A program made the translations under genes and the position numbers. From positions 18,533 through 82,532 of the forward strand of contig JAJFKN010000028.1 in assembly GCA_021773195.1 (NCBI GenBank): DNA of 64,000 nt. Direction: 5' to 3'. The notes beneath the pieces are model-generated. The model was not told the DNA's origin. It ran no database searches and saw nothing but the letters and a program-made list of their open reading frames with translations. Numbering within the stretch: position 1 is the stretch's first letter; every line of letters starts with the position of its first letter. Positions 1-11,437 of this stretch are shown piece by piece. The stretch is from Gammaproteobacteria bacterium (GTDB lineage Bacteria > Pseudomonadota > Gammaproteobacteria > JAKBBU01).

Positions 1-752
1 ATAAAGAACGCATCGAAACCATTAAGAAAAAAGTCAAAAAGGCCCTCTACTACCCAGCCGCAGTCATGGCTGTTGCGCTTATAGTTACAGTGGTCCTTTT
101 ATTATTCGTTGTACCGCAATTTGAATCACTGTTTAAAGGCTTCGGTGCAGACTTACCCATGTTCACCCGAATGGTTATCGATATGTCGCGCTGGATGCAA
201 GATTTTTGGTGGGTAGCCTTCTTCTTCGTAGCCGCCGCTGCTTTTTCTTTTGGTTACTTAAAGAAAAATTCCGACAAATTTAATTTTCTATTGGATAAAC
301 TGGTGTTGAAACTCCCCGTTGTGGGTAATATTATGCAGAAAGCTGCCATCGCTCGTTATTCTCGGACTCTATCTATCACTTTTGCTGCGGGTTTACCTTT
401 AGTGGATGCCTTAAAATGTGTATCGGGCACCGTAGGTAATTTGCTTTATACCAATGCGGTTATTCGAATCCGTGATGAAGTGGCTATGGGTCATACCATA
501 TCCTTTGCTATGCATCTCACAAAAATGTTCCCCAATATGGTGGAACAAATGATAGCCATCGGTGAAGAATCTGGTTCTCTGGATGATATGCTAGGTAAGG
601 TTGCGGATTTCTATGAAGAAGAAGTCAATAATGCTGTAGACAGTCTTAGCAGTTTATTAGAACCATTAATTATGGCAGTATTAGGTATTCTCATTGGCGG
701 CTTAGTGGCGGCCATGTACTTGCCCATCTTCAAATTGGGTTCTGTGGTTTAA
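1..752 (+). CDS. pilC: Type IV pilus assembly protein PilC (GspF-family inner-membrane platform), C-terminal part; the CDS begins upstream of the window
   Basis: The reading frame is open from nt 3 (KERIETIKKKVKKALYYPAAV...). The protein shows T2SS-F domain features (hydrophobic helices, conserved LEPLIM..LG...G motif) and is followed by pilD, as in pilBCD operons. Confidence 0.85.
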   Translation, partial: KERIETIKKKVKKALYYPAAVMAVALIVTVVLLLFVVPQFESLFKGFGADLPMFTRMVIDMSRWMQDFWWVAFFFVAAAAFSFGYLKKNSDKFNFLLDKLVLKLPVVGNIMQKAAIARYSRTLSITFAAGLPLVDALKCVSGTVGNLLYTNAVIRIRDEVAMGHTISFAMHLTKMFPNMVEQMIAIGEESGSLDDMLGKVADFYEEEVNNAVDSLSSLLEPLIMAVLGILIGGLVAAMYLPIFKLGSVV

Positions 753-764
753 ATCTTCCTACGG

Positions 765-1574
765 GTGGACAATGTGATAATCCTCGGTATTACTCTGGTG
801 GCCTTGATCATAGGCAGTTTCCTCAACGTGGTGATTCATCGCATTCCCATCATGATGCAACAAGAATGGGATAATCAACAAGACACTACTTTCAATCTAT
901 GGTGGCCCGGCTCTCAATGCCCGAAATGCCACACCGCCATCAAATTCTGGCAAAATATTCCCGTCATCAGTTTTTTATTATTGAAAGGTCGCTGTAACCA
1001 TTGCCAACAGGGTATCTCATGGCAGTACCCCTTGGTGGAGCTTGCAACCTTGCTCCTCACCCTAGTGCTGTATTGCTTCTTAGGCTTTCATTGGAATTTC
1101 ATTTATGCTTGCTTTTTTACCTGGGGCTTAATCGCTCTATGTGTCATCGATATAAAACACCAACTCTTACCCGATGCCATCACCCTCAGCCTTCTGTGGG
1201 TGGGTCTACTGGCTAACCTCACGGGTACCTTCACATCGCTTTCCAGCGCCGTTATTGGCGCCATGGCGGGTTACTCTGCCCTCTGGCTCTTTGCCCAGGG
1301 TTTTCGCCTTGTCACGGGCAAAGAAGGCATGGGACATGGGGATTTTAAGCTGCTGGCCATGATAGGCGCCTGGGCTGGTTGGCAAGTTTTACCCTTTGTC
1401 ATCTTGTGTTCTTCTTTGATTGGCGCTATAGTTGGCGCTTTATTGATCATCACTAAGCGGCAAAGTCGCGGGCAAGCTATTCCTTTTGGCCCCTACTTAG
1501 CTTTAGCAGGCTGGATTGGTTTGCTTTTCGGTCAAGGCATTGTAGACTTTTATCTAGGAATAGCTTTCCATTGA
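765..1574 (+). CDS. pilD: Prepilin peptidase / N-methyltransferase PilD (A24 family); GTG start
   Basis: 269 aa with an N-terminal membrane segment. A tetra-Cys zinc motif (CPKCH...CNHC) sits in the first cytoplasmic loop and multiple TM helices follow. The gene lies immediately after pilC. Confidence 0.9.
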   Translation: MDNVIILGITLVALIIGSFLNVVIHRIPIMMQQEWDNQQDTTFNLWWPGSQCPKCHTAIKFWQNIPVISFLLLKGRCNHCQQGISWQYPLVELATLLLTLVLYCFLGFHWNFIYACFFTWGLIALCVIDIKHQLLPDAITLSLLWVGLLANLTGTFTSLSSAVIGAMAGYSALWLFAQGFRLVTGKEGMGHGDFKLLAMIGAWAGWQVLPFVILCSSLIGAIVGALLIITKRQSRGQAIPFGPYLALAGWIGLLFGQGIVDFYLGIAFH

Positions 1575-1623
1575 TGGTGAATTTCTTTGGTTTTTTTGCC
1601 CATCCATTAATCAAGGTAAAAAT

Positions 1624-2226
1624 ATGTTTGTCGTAGCTTTAACAGGCGGTGTGGCCGCCGGTAAATCAACCGTTGCTGAGCATTTTGCAAAGCTTGGTAT
1701 TGTCATCATCGATACTGATGAATTAGCCAAGGCATTAGTCCAACCTGGTACTGCCATGATGGACGATGTTGCCGAACACTTCGGTGATGAATTTAAAAAA
1801 CCCGATGGCAGTTTGAATCGCCCCAAAGTTCGGGAACATATTTTCAGCCATCCCGAAGAAAGAACATGGCTAGAAAACCTAATGCATCCTTATATTCGTA
1901 GAAATATGAAAAAAGAAGCTGAACAAGCAGGCTCGCCCTACGTCATAGCACAAATTCCCTTATTACTGGAAACACAACCCAATGATATTCTTGATCATGT
2001 CTTGGTGGTGGACGTGCCCGAAAAAGAACAAATTCGACGAGTACAAAAGCGTGATGACATCAGCGCCAAGTTAGCTAAACAAATGCTTGAAGCCCAAGCC
2101 AGTCGCGAAGACCGTTTAGCCATAGCCAATGACGTCATTGTGAATGATGGTCGTCCCGAGGATCTGAGTATCAGAGTATTAGAGTTACATAAAAAGTACC
2201 TCAAAATGGCAGAGGATTATGCTTAG
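1624..2226 (+). CDS. coaE: Dephospho-CoA kinase
   Basis: The N-terminal P-loop LTGGVAAGKST matches the CoaE family. Length is 200 aa and the gene follows pilD, as in many gammaproteobacteria. Confidence 0.9.
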   Translation: MFVVALTGGVAAGKSTVAEHFAKLGIVIIDTDELAKALVQPGTAMMDDVAEHFGDEFKKPDGSLNRPKVREHIFSHPEERTWLENLMHPYIRRNMKKEAEQAGSPYVIAQIPLLLETQPNDILDHVLVVDVPEKEQIRRVQKRDDISAKLAKQMLEAQASREDRLAIANDVIVNDGRPEDLSIRVLELHKKYLKMAEDYA

Positions 2227-2998
2227 AACCACCACCCATCTTGTTACCTATGAACAACCCATCAATGAATTGATGCGCGCTTGCTTACGCTTGGAATATT
2301 TATTCGATCAAGCGTTGCATCATTTGCATGGTCAAAGCGAGTGGGACAATCGTCATGTGGTTTCGGCGATTATTAATATTGCGGCTCTGTTAGACCGCTC
2401 AGATTTAAAATCTAAATTGCATAAAGAACTCCTCCGTCACCGTAATAATCTTATGCATCTTGCACAGACACCTGGCATTGATATCAGTAAACTAGAAACC
2501 TTAATGGGCCGCTTGGAATCCCTGCAACAACGACTTAATTCTTCCGAAGGTCGACTGGGGCAAGAATTACAGAGTAATGATTTTTTAAATAGTATCCGTC
2601 AATACATCCACAATCCAGCAGGCGCTTGCAACTTTGATGTGCCTGTTTACCATGCTTGGCTGCATCAACCCTTAGAACAACGCACACAACAAATGACCCA
2701 ATGGTTACAAAAGTTCGACACCATGCGCACCATCGTGGAATTATTACTGCAGATGATTCGAGAAAGTGCCATCCCCGAATCCTTGAAAGCGGAAAAGGGT
2801 TGCTACCATGAGCCGTTAGATAGCAACGCACCCACTCAATTAGTGCAAGTGATTTTAGATAGTAACAGCAAAACATTTCCTGAAATCAGTGCCGGTAAAC
2901 ACCGCATTAATATTCGTTTTGTGCAATTCACTGGAGAATCACGCGGCGAAAGCGTGTGTAATGACGTGTACTTCCAATTGAATCGCTGCGTTATTTAG
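2219..2998 (+). CDS. zapD: Cell division protein ZapD (YacF family)
   Basis: The N-terminus YEQPINELMRACLRLEYLF resembles the ZapD signature. Length is ~250 aa and the gene lies immediately downstream of coaE in the conserved coaE-zapD arrangement. No yacG-like zinc-finger ORF follows. Confidence 0.8.
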   Translation: MLRTTTHLVTYEQPINELMRACLRLEYLFDQALHHLHGQSEWDNRHVVSAIINIAALLDRSDLKSKLHKELLRHRNNLMHLAQTPGIDISKLETLMGRLESLQQRLNSSEGRLGQELQSNDFLNSIRQYIHNPAGACNFDVPVYHAWLHQPLEQRTQQMTQWLQKFDTMRTIVELLLQMIRESAIPESLKAEKGCYHEPLDSNAPTQLVQVILDSNSKTFPEISAGKHRINIRFVQFTGESRGESVCNDVYFQLNRCVI

Positions 2999-3170
2999 CT
3001 TTCTTAGCGCCGACAGGTGCTGTATCCATACAGTCAATGGATGGATTGTTGAATGTTGTAGCTGCCTCAGCATCACCGTAAACATAGAATCATATTTTTG
3101 TTTCTGTCAGCATTTTTTGTTCACGGCTATAACTTTAAACACATTACCCGGACTTGAATATTATGACCCA

Positions 3171-3386
3171 TTACTTAATAGTGGGATAGGTCTGTGTGGG
3201 CAGATAAGGATGGGATTGAAAAACCATGGTGGGGTCTTTCTCCGCATTTACAGTTTGGCTTTGTATACCAGCAACATCGTCGTTGAGCACTTCTACTTTG
3301 ACAACCGCACTTGATATGGCATTTGTCATCAGCGCAAAAATCAATAACAGCCCATAGGCCAGATAACTTGTTAACTTAATTTTCAT
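3171..3386 (-). CDS. Small hypothetical protein with N-terminal signal peptide (71 aa)
   Basis: The ORF has a hydrophobic N-terminus (LAYGLLLIFALMTNA) and an AAGGG Shine-Dalgarno about 9 nt upstream. It sits in the otherwise non-coding zapD-mutT gap. No family was recognised. Confidence 0.25.
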   Translation of the reverse strand: MKIKLTSYLAYGLLLIFALMTNAISSAVVKVEVLNDDVAGIQSQTVNAEKDPTMVFQSHPYLPTQTYPTIK

Positions 3387-3492
3387 GCAATTCTGCCCTT
3401 AATTATTATGACGAATCAATGCCATAATTGTAGTGCATCTACACAGGCAAAGGATTAGCGCATTAAGCAATATTGGGATAGATCATTATTAT

Positions 3493-3885
3493 TCAAATAG
3501 TTATAGATTTTAATACGTGGATATTCGCTGGCGGGAAGCGATACTCAGGCAGATTGGCCAAAGGGATCCATTGGATTGCTTGACCTTCACAGCCCTGGGC
3601 TTGACCTGTAAATGCTGTGACACGAAAAACGTGGAATTCAATAGGACCTTTATCGGAGGTATGTTGGAAAGTCATCATGGCCTGAGGTGCTACGATGTGG
3701 ATGCCCACTTCCTCCAATAACTCTCGCTGTAGTGCATCTTCTGGGGTTTCACCCATTTCAATCTTGCCGCCGGGAAATTCCCAATAGCCCGCTAAGTGCT
3801 GGTGAGCACCACGTCTGGCAATTAATACCTGGGATTGATCATTCATGATCACCCCCATGGCAACTTTTAGGGGATCTACACTCAT
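3493..3885 (-). CDS. mutT: NUDIX hydrolase, MutT-like 8-oxo-dGTP diphosphatase
   Basis: The Nudix box [24 protein letters not shown] is present. The gene lies immediately downstream of secA, matching the secA-mutT synteny. Confidence 0.8.
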   Translation of the reverse strand: MSVDPLKVAMGVIMNDQSQVLIARRGAHQHLAGYWEFPGGKIEMGETPEDALQRELLEEVGIHIVAPQAMMTFQHTSDKGPIEFHVFRVTAFTGQAQGCEGQAIQWIPLANLPEYRFPPANIHVLKSITI

Positions 3886-3888
3886 GGC

Positions 3889-6630
3889 TTATTGAAGCTT
3901 ACCATGGCATTGCTTATATTTTTTACCTGAACCACATGGACAAGGGGCATTACGGCCCACCTTAGCTTCTTCACGCACGAAGGGGGTTTCTGGCACGTGG
4001 GCTGCTTCTTGCTGGGCCTCTTCAGGCGCAGCCATTTCTGGCGGTGTCATAGCCTGCATACTAGCATGTTGGAATTGCATATTATGGGCCATAGCCGCCT
4101 GACGACGTTGCTCTTCCACCGCCTCAGCATCTTCTTCTGCTTGCACTTCCAGACGGCTCAAAGTAGCAATAACATCATGCTTCATTGAATCCAGTAAACT
4201 GGAAAAGAGATTGAAAGCTTCTCGCTTATATTCTTGTTTGGGATTACGCTGGGCATAGCCACGCAAATGGATACTCTGACGCAAATGATCCATGGTGGCC
4301 AAATGTTCGCGCCAATGGCTATCTAGAGTTTGCAAAGTAACAGATTTTTCAATTTGACGAATCGCATCTTCTGCCACACTATTGGCTCGCTTATGATAAG
4401 CCTCATTCATTTCATCCAAAATAAATTCACGCAGTGTTTCTTCATGCAAGTTTTCATCTTCATTCAGCATTTTCTGTAAATTCAGACGCAGACCAAAGTC
4501 ATTATCCAAATGCTTTTCAAGGCCAGGAACTTCCCATTGCTCTTCTAAACTTTCTGCTGGGATATATTCATTAATGGTTTGATTAACTACATCATAACGA
4601 ATATTACTAATGATTTGGCTAATATCACTGGCTGCCATCAACTCACGACGTTGTTCATATACTACTTTACGCTGATCATTGGCGACATCATCATATTCCA
4701 ATAATTCTTTACGAATATCAAAGTTACGACCTTCCACTTTCTTTTGCGCATTCTCAATGGCTTTGGTCACTAAAGAATGCTGAATGGCCTCACCCTCTTC
4801 CACGCCCAAACGTTGCATAATGCCCGCCATGCGTTCTGAAGCGAAAATCCGCATTAAATCATCTTCAAGGGATAAATAGAATTGGGTAGAACCAGGATCA
4901 CCTTGACGGCCGCAACGACCACGCAATTGGTTATCGATACGTCGAGATTCGTGACGTTCAGAACCAATCACTCGCAAACCACCAGCAGCTAAAACTGTTT
5001 CGTGGCGCTGTTGCCAATCTTGTTTGGCCTTTTCCTTTTGTGCATCACTAGCTTCATCACCTAAAGCATGTAGCACTGCCTCTAATGACCCGCCTAAGAC
5101 AATATCCGTACCCCGGCCCGCCATATTAGTGGCAATGGTAATCATACCCGGGCGGCCCGCTTCCGTAATAATTTCCGCTTCTTTCGCATGAAATTTTGCA
5201 TTTAATACTTGATGAGGGATTTTTTTCTTGTTCATCAAATTAGAAAGAATTTCTGAATTCTCAATGGAAGCCGTCCCCACAAGAACGGGTTGATTTTTTT
5301 CGCGGCAATCCTGGATATCTTCTACAATAGCTTCGTATTTTTCTTTTGCTGTAAGATAAATCAAATCTGACTCATCAGCCCTCTGCGAAGGCTTATTAGT
5401 AGGTATCACCGTCACTTCTAAACCATAGATTTGATGGAATTCGTAGGCTTCTGTATCAGCCGTACCCGTCATGCCCGATAGGGTATTATAGAGACGGAAA
5501 AAGTTTTGGAAGGTAATGGTTGCTAGGGTTTGATTTTCCCCTTGAATAGAAACCCCTTCTTTGGCTTCGATGGCTTGATGCAAACCTTCGGACCAACGTC
5601 GTCCGGGCATCGTTCGGCCCGTATGTTCGTCCACAATCACCACTTGATCGTCTCTGACGATGTAATCAACGTCACGACTGTATAGTGCATGAGCCCTCAA
5701 TGAAGAGTTTACATAGTGCATCAAAGTAATATTCGCCGCATCGTAAAGGCTTTGGCCCGGCTGCAACAAACCGACTTTTTCTAATAATTCTTCGATGTGT
5801 TGGTGACCTTCATCGGTCAAATAAGTTTGACGTAATTTTTCATCTACCGTGTAATCACCCGGTCCGTCTTCTTCCTCTTGCTTGGTTAATTCTGGAATTA
5901 GTTTATTAATGGTGACATAGGCCTCGGAACTTTCTTCGGCTGAGCCAGAAATAATGAGAGGCGTACGCGCTTCATCAATTAAAATAGAATCCACCTCATC
6001 TACAATGGCGAAATTCAATTCCCGCTGCACGCGGTGTTCAATATCAAAAGCCATATTATCGCGAAGATAATCGAAACCAAATTCATTATTGGTTCCATAA
6101 ACAATATCGGCATTGTATGCGGCACGCTTTTCTTCAGGAGACATGTCAGGAACAACCACCCCCAGACTCAAACCCAAGAAATTATAAACAGGTTGCATCC
6201 ATTCAGCATCACGCTTTGCTAAGTAATCATTGACTGTTACGATATGCACACCAAGGCCTGAAATCGCATTCAGATAGGCGGGCAACGTACCCACTAAGGT
6301 TTTACCTTCCCCGGTGCCCATTTCAGCAATTTTGCCATCATGCAATATCATGCCACCAATAAGCTGTACATCAAAATGACGCAAACCTAAGGTACGCACA
6401 GAGGCTTCTCGTACTACAGCAAAAGCTTCGGGCAATAGCCGATCTAGGGATTCGCCATTTTTATGACGTTCTTTGAATTCCTGCGTCTTCGCCTGCAACT
6501 GTTCATCGCTCAAAGCTTGTACATCTGATTCCAACAAGTTAATGTTAACCACTACCTTGCCACACTGATGCAATACTCGCTCATTGCGACTGCCAAAAAA
6601 TTTCTTTGCTACTTTACCTAAACCCAACAT
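3889..6630 (-). CDS. secA: Preprotein translocase ATPase SecA
   Basis: 913 aa with DEAD-like motor motifs ([27 protein letters not shown]) and the C-terminal zinc-binding tail [14 protein letters not shown]. Confidence 0.97.
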   Translation of the reverse strand: MLGLGKVAKKFFGSRNERVLHQCGKVVVNINLLESDVQALSDEQLQAKTQEFKERHKNGESLDRLLPEAFAVVREASVRTLGLRHFDVQLIGGMILHDGKIAEMGTGEGKTLVGTLPAYLNAISGLGVHIVTVNDYLAKRDAEWMQPVYNFLGLSLGVVVPDMSPEEKRAAYNADIVYGTNNEFGFDYLRDNMAFDIEHRVQRELNFAIVDEVDSILIDEARTPLIISGSAEESSEAYVTINKLIPELTKQEEEDGPGDYTVDEKLRQTYLTDEGHQHIEELLEKVGLLQPGQSLYDAANITLMHYVNSSLRAHALYSRDVDYIVRDDQVVIVDEHTGRTMPGRRWSEGLHQAIEAKEGVSIQGENQTLATITFQNFFRLYNTLSGMTGTADTEAYEFHQIYGLEVTVIPTNKPSQRADESDLIYLTAKEKYEAIVEDIQDCREKNQPVLVGTASIENSEILSNLMNKKKIPHQVLNAKFHAKEAEIITEAGRPGMITIATNMAGRGTDIVLGGSLEAVLHALGDEASDAQKEKAKQDWQQRHETVLAAGGLRVIGSERHESRRIDNQLRGRCGRQGDPGSTQFYLSLEDDLMRIFASERMAGIMQRLGVEEGEAIQHSLVTKAIENAQKKVEGRNFDIRKELLEYDDVANDQRKVVYEQRRELMAASDISQIISNIRYDVVNQTINEYIPAESLEEQWEVPGLEKHLDNDFGLRLNLQKMLNEDENLHEETLREFILDEMNEAYHKRANSVAEDAIRQIEKSVTLQTLDSHWREHLATMDHLRQSIHLRGYAQRNPKQEYKREAFNLFSSLLDSMKHDVIATLSRLEVQAEEDAEAVEEQRRQAAMAHNMQFQHASMQAMTPPEMAAPEEAQQEAAHVPETPFVREEAKVGRNAPCPCGSGKKYKQCHGKLQ

Positions 6631-6678
6631 ATCAAACCGTCTATTTCCTGGTGTAACACCCTATGTTAATCTAAACCC

Positions 6679-7137
6679 ATGAGTAGTAACAGCCAAATTC
6701 CGAAAAACAAACCCGTGCGAGCCATCCTCAAGGAGGATGCGCAATTCGCAGCCATTATGGATAAAGCGTTGTCCCTAGGACGACTCCAACAATGGTTAGA
6801 AGAATTTTTGGATCCGGCCGCCCTTGAACATTGTCAAGTGGCTAATTATGAAGACCAGCATATGGTACTTCAAGTCAGTAGTGGCGCTTGGGCCACCCAC
6901 ATTCGTTTCCTATGCCCTAGCATAAAAGAATTCTTTAAAGAAAAGGGCTTGAGAAGTTTACAGCAAGTGCAGTGCAAGGTAGTTCCTCATTCAACGGAAC
7001 AAAAGGCAGAACCATTGCCTAAAGCAAAACCCATTTCCTCTAATAGCCGTCAAGTCATTGCTACTATGGCTGAGGGCCTCAATCATCCATCTCTTCGCGC
7101 AGCATTACTAAAGCTCAGCGAAGGAAAATCTTCTTGA
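6679..7137 (+). CDS. DUF721-family protein (DciA-like), conserved between lpxC and secA
   Basis: 152 aa on the strand opposite secA/lpxC, in the position DUF721 genes occupy in Pseudomonas/Legionella-type genomes. The call rests on conserved position and general sequence character; no motif could be verified without a profile search. Confidence 0.5.
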   Translation: MSSNSQIPKNKPVRAILKEDAQFAAIMDKALSLGRLQQWLEEFLDPAALEHCQVANYEDQHMVLQVSSGAWATHIRFLCPSIKEFFKEKGLRSLQQVQCKVVPHSTEQKAEPLPKAKPISSNSRQVIATMAEGLNHPSLRAALLKLSEGKSS

Positions 7138-7144
7138 TAGGATG

Positions 7145-8068
7145 TTAGGTTGCGTCGGCACTCACCCAAACAGGATTCAAGAAACTAACGGGAGCTTCTT
7201 CATCATCTTCATAGGTGATGTATTCCCAAGCGTCTTGTTCCTGCAGTAAAGCATGTAAAAGGCGATTATTTAAGGTATGCCCTGATTTATGGCCATGATA
7301 TGCACCAATCAAACTGCAACCCAAGAGATAAATATCACCAATAGCATCCAATATTTTATGCTTCACAAATTCATCGTCGTAACGCAAGCCATCTTCGTTA
7401 ATGATACGATATTCATCTACTACAACCGCATTATCTAAACTGCCACCTAAGGCTAAATTATTTTCGCGTAACATTTCAAAGTGGGATAGGAAACCAAAGG
7501 TACGTGCACGACTCACTTCCTTTGCGTAAGAAGCATTAGAAAAATCTAAAACGACTTGTTGGGGATGAGCTTTCATGACAGGGTGATCGAAATCGATACC
7601 CATACTTACTAAGAAGCCATCAAAGGGTTCGAAACAAGCCCACTTGTCACCGTCTTCCACGCGAATTTCTCGCTTAATGCGAATGAAACGCTTGGGTGCA
7701 TTCTGTTCTTGAATACCCGCGGATTGAATCAAAAAGACAAAAGGAGCTGCACTGCCATCCATAATAGGAATTTCTGGTGCCGTTACATCGATATAAACAT
7801 TATCAATGCCCTGACCTGCTAAAGCAGAATTGATATGTTCCACGGTGGAAATGCGAACATCGCCGTGACCAATGGTGGTGGCTAATGTCGTATCGATCAC
7901 ATTGCTCGCACTGGCTGGAATTTCTACAGCGGGATCTAAATCCACCCGTCGGAAAATAATGCCCGTACCCACTGGCGCTGGGCGCAAGGTCAAATAGACC
8001 CGGTTACCCGTGTGTAACCCCACACCTTTGGCGCGGATAACATTTTTTAAAGTTCGCTGTTTTATCAT
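7145..8068 (-). CDS. lpxC: UDP-3-O-acyl-N-acetylglucosamine deacetylase
   Basis: The canonical N-terminus MIKQRTLKN is present; the ORF-track Met at 8098 is 10 codons upstream of the likely true start. Zinc-dependent deacetylase motifs are present and the gene lies downstream of ftsZ. Confidence 0.95.
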   Translation of the reverse strand: MIKQRTLKNVIRAKGVGLHTGNRVYLTLRPAPVGTGIIFRRVDLDPAVEIPASASNVIDTTLATTIGHGDVRISTVEHINSALAGQGIDNVYIDVTAPEIPIMDGSAAPFVFLIQSAGIQEQNAPKRFIRIKREIRVEDGDKWACFEPFDGFLVSMGIDFDHPVMKAHPQQVVLDFSNASYAKEVSRARTFGFLSHFEMLRENNLALGGSLDNAVVVDEYRIINEDGLRYDDEFVKHKILDAIGDIYLLGCSLIGAYHGHKSGHTLNNRLLHALLQEQDAWEYITYEDDEEAPVSFLNPVWVSADAT

Positions 8069-8154
8069 GTAAGTTAAGCCTTCTCTACCGATCCGCACAT
8101 TCTAGCATATTTCCTTAAGGATTAGTAACTTCTGTACAGCACAGAAGCCTACAG

Positions 8155-9321
8155 CTAGACTTCTTCCTTACGTCGTAAGAAAGCAGGAATCTCTAGATAA
8201 TCAATGTCTTGAGTCACTTCATTCGTAGACTTAGACGCGTTTGCCCCCCGATTACGTAATACGGTAGGACGTTCTAATTCGTGGTAATCCATGGTGCCAT
8301 CGGATTTAGTGCTATCCATCAGGCGAGAAGTATGGTGGCTACGAGAACTGACTTCGCTTGGCGCATGCCCGAGGCCCGTTACAACGACCGTAACTCGTAA
8401 TTCATCGCTCATTTCCGAATCAATTACCGTACCGATAACCACTGTTGCGCCTTCCGACACAAAACCTTTGATCACATCGCCCACTTCTTCAAACTCACCA
8501 ATGGACATATCTAGACCAGCCGTAATATTGACCAGTACGCCACGAGCGCCGGACAGATCCACATCTTCCAGAAGAGGACTTGAAATGGCAGCTTCGGCAG
8601 CTTCACGTGAACGATTCTCACCGCTAGCCACACCTGTACCCATCATAGCCATACCCATTTCTGACATAACCGTACGCACGTCAGCGAAATCCACGTTGAT
8701 TAAACCTGGACGAGTAATCAGGTCTGCAATACCTTGTACCGCACCGTGAAGCACGTTATTGGCATTTTTAAAAGCATTTAAAAGCGTAATGTTCTTACCT
8801 AAAACCGTTAATAATTTATTGTTGGGGATGGTAATTAGAGAATCCACATATTGGGTCAAACGTTCGATGCCTTGCAAAGCTACCGTCATACGTTTTTTGC
8901 CTTCGAAAGAAAATGGCTTGGTTACAACGGCTACGGTGAGGATATCCATTTCTTTCGCAATTTCAGCTACCACAGGCGCTGCACCGGTACCGGTACCACC
9001 ACCCATGCCTGCGGTAATAAATACTATGTCAGCCCCTTCCAAGGCGTCACGAATGCGTTCTCTATCTTCTTGAGCTGATTCACGACCTACTTCAGGATTT
9101 GCACCGGCACCGAGTCCTTTGGTTATTTCTGTGCCTAATTGTAATATAGTGGGAGCACTGGAATTTTTTAAGGCTTGAGCATCGGTATTAGCGCAGATGA
9201 ACTCCACACCTTCGATTTGTTCAGCCATCATATGTTCGACGGCATTACCACCTCCGCCACCAACACCAACGACTTTAATTACCGCTTGTTGTTCACCATT
9301 TTCTGCAAATTCAAACATCAA
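8155..9321 (-). CDS. ftsZ: Cell division GTPase FtsZ
   Basis: Tubulin signature GGGTGTG and the N-terminal [14 protein letters not shown] are present. Length is 388 aa. Confidence 0.97.
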   Translation of the reverse strand: MMFEFAENGEQQAVIKVVGVGGGGGNAVEHMMAEQIEGVEFICANTDAQALKNSSAPTILQLGTEITKGLGAGANPEVGRESAQEDRERIRDALEGADIVFITAGMGGGTGTGAAPVVAEIAKEMDILTVAVVTKPFSFEGKKRMTVALQGIERLTQYVDSLITIPNNKLLTVLGKNITLLNAFKNANNVLHGAVQGIADLITRPGLINVDFADVRTVMSEMGMAMMGTGVASGENRSREAAEAAISSPLLEDVDLSGARGVLVNITAGLDMSIGEFEEVGDVIKGFVSEGATVVIGTVIDSEMSDELRVTVVVTGLGHAPSEVSSRSHHTSRLMDSTKSDGTMDYHELERPTVLRNRGANASKSTNEVTQDIDYLEIPAFLRRKEEV

Positions 9322-9336
9322 TCTCTCCTCACACCT

Positions 9337-10593
9337 TTAAAAGTTACCCTGGAACCAACCACGCATTCGTCTATAAGCGCCTTTCATGCCAATTTGTTGG
9401 CGTAGTTCGGGCATGGGTTGGTACTGTTGTTGGCAACCGTATACCAATAAACCTAGTCCTGTAGCACAAATGGGATTTTCAATCACATCGGCTATCCCTT
9501 TAAACTGTCTTGGAATACCCAATCGAACGGGCATTTCAAATACGCTTTCCGCTAAATCCATGGCCCCTTCGGCCTTAGCAGCGCCCCCGGTGATGACCAT
9601 ACCAGCGGGAATTAATTCTTCAAAACCACTGCGACGCAATTCTGCTTGAATGAGTCGGAATAACTCTTCGTAACGGGGCTCCACCACTTCAGCTAATTCC
9701 CGACGAGAGATTTGTTTAGCTGGACGATTAGCCACCGTAGGCACATCAATTATATCACTGTCACTGGCCATGCTGGTCAAAACACAAGCATGTTCTATTT
9801 TCACGGCTTCGGCATTTTGAGTGGGGGTACGTAGTGCCACGGCAATATCATTACTCACCTGGTCACCAGCAATGGGAATCACGGCCGTATGACGAATAGC
9901 ACCCTCAGTGAAAATAGCAATATCAGTAGTGCCACCACCAATATCTACCAAACAAACCCCTAATTCTTTTTCATCATCGGTCAATACTGCATGACCGGAA
10001 GCTAATTGCTCCAGAATAATATCGGAAACCTCTAAACCACAGCGGCGCACACATTTGATAATGTTTTGTGCAGCACTGACGGCGCCCGTCACCATATGAA
10101 CTTTGGCTTCCAAACGTACGCCAGACATACCCACGGGTTCACGTATGCCTTCTTGGTTATCAATAATAAACTCTTGGGGCAAAATATGTAAAATCTTTTG
10201 ATCAGCTGGAATAGCCACGGCTTGCGCCGCATCGATAACCCTATCCACATCCGCTTGAGTGACTTCACGGTCCCGTATGGCCACGATTCCGTGGGAATTG
10301 AGGCTGCGAATGTGACTACCAGCAATGCCCGTATAGGCGCTGTTGATTTGGCAACCTGCAGTCAATTCCGCTTCGTGAATAGCCCCTTGAATGGACTCCA
10401 CAGTAGATTCGATGTTAACCACAACACCCCGTTTTAAGCCATGGGAGACGTGGGTCCCATATCCAATAATTTCAATATGACTGGCATTGGGTGTTTTTCC
10501 ACCGGTTTCGGCCACCTCACCAACAATAGCTGCGATTTTAGATGTACCGATATCAAGACCGACAATTAAATTCTTCTCTGGTTTTTTTGGCAT
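9337..10593 (-). CDS. ftsA: Cell division protein FtsA (actin-like ATPase)
   Basis: N-terminal LIVGLDIGTSKI and the DIGGGTTD phosphate-2 motif are present. Length is 418 aa and the gene lies between ftsQ and ftsZ. Confidence 0.95.
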   Translation of the reverse strand: MPKKPEKNLIVGLDIGTSKIAAIVGEVAETGGKTPNASHIEIIGYGTHVSHGLKRGVVVNIESTVESIQGAIHEAELTAGCQINSAYTGIAGSHIRSLNSHGIVAIRDREVTQADVDRVIDAAQAVAIPADQKILHILPQEFIIDNQEGIREPVGMSGVRLEAKVHMVTGAVSAAQNIIKCVRRCGLEVSDIILEQLASGHAVLTDDEKELGVCLVDIGGGTTDIAIFTEGAIRHTAVIPIAGDQVSNDIAVALRTPTQNAEAVKIEHACVLTSMASDSDIIDVPTVANRPAKQISRRELAEVVEPRYEELFRLIQAELRRSGFEELIPAGMVITGGAAKAEGAMDLAESVFEMPVRLGIPRQFKGIADVIENPICATGLGLLVYGCQQQYQPMPELRQQIGMKGAYRRMRGWFQGNF

Positions 10594-10723
10594 GTGAAAA
10601 GTGGCTCCTTCCCAATAACGACAGGGATATGTCCTTTAGGGGCATGAGGATACAAGAAATAGCGCCAACATTAAATGATAAAAGGAAAATTTCTTTGTTA
10701 TTTACAACTTTTTCATCCATTAC

Positions 10724-11434
10724 TTATGTGGTTTTCGAGCTTTTGTCTGCAAAACTCACAGCGAATCCATTTGAGTAGCGCAAATCCACACTTTTTAAAG
10801 GCTTATTTTGAAAAGATTTTGGGTAGGCTAAAACAAAACGTGCCAGACGTGTGTAAATATTTTCTCTACCTAATTTGATTATCGTACCGTCCCCTAAAGT
10901 CATGCGCCAGGCATATCGAGGGGACAAATCCAGCTGCGCGATAGACAAATGCAAGGGTGTTAATTGGCTTTGCATTTTTTTATAGGTGGTGATCATTAAA
11001 TTCTGGCTTTTATCGGGGCCGCACAGCAGAGGCAATGGCTTAATTCCTTGCAAGCTTTTAGGCATAAAGATTTGCCCCTGGGCTGTCACCAAAGAGTCAT
11101 TATTCCAACGAGCGAATGGTTCCTTTTCAGTAATGACAATATTGACTTTTGCAGGCCAAACTCGTCTAACCTCAATTTGATCAACCCAAGGAAACTGCTC
11201 AGCTCTTTGGGCAATGCCAGCAATGTCCAAAGAGAAAAAGCCTCCCGTCACGAGAGGTTCCATGGCTTTTTGAAAAACCTTCTGGTTAATATGCTGTAGC
11301 TGCCCTGAAACTATGACCTGCTTAATGGGAAAACGACCAGCGGAATGCAAAGCATCCCACCCCCACACTAAAATCGCTAAAAGAAGAAGGTAACTTCCCC
11401 ACTTAAAGTATTTTTTTAAGGTTATACTAAACAC
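10724..11434 (-). CDS. ftsQ: Cell division protein FtsQ (POTRA-domain bitopic membrane protein)
   Basis: 236 aa with a single N-terminal TM (LLLLAILVWGW) followed by a POTRA-like region. The gene sits between ddl and ftsA. Confidence 0.8.
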   Translation of the reverse strand: MFSITLKKYFKWGSYLLLLAILVWGWDALHSAGRFPIKQVIVSGQLQHINQKVFQKAMEPLVTGGFFSLDIAGIAQRAEQFPWVDQIEVRRVWPAKVNIVITEKEPFARWNNDSLVTAQGQIFMPKSLQGIKPLPLLCGPDKSQNLMITTYKKMQSQLTPLHLSIAQLDLSPRYAWRMTLGDGTIIKLGRENIYTRLARFVLAYPKSFQNKPLKSVDLRYSNGFAVSFADKSSKTT

Positions 11435-11437
11435 AAA

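Noticed and set aside
465-473. TTCGAATCC, a tRNA T-loop-like motif.
   Set aside because: It lies inside the pilC reading frame with no surrounding acceptor or anticodon stems. No tRNA gene could be supported anywhere in the window.
1001-1453. Alternative-frame ORFs within pilD (1001..1216, 1174..1362, 1271..1453).
   Set aside because: They are embedded in the pilD frame or antisense to it, and no independent support exists.
8291-9078. Several 75-150 codon ORFs on the plus strand inside ftsZ (8291..8749, 8759..9073, 8851..9078).
   Set aside because: They are entirely antisense to a highly conserved gene. Their composition is Ser/Thr/Arg/Pro-rich, the mirror image of coding DNA, and they have no RBS. 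Similar antisense ORFs inside secA, ftsA, murC, ftsI, rsmH, coaBC, ggt, hutU and others were rejected on the same grounds.
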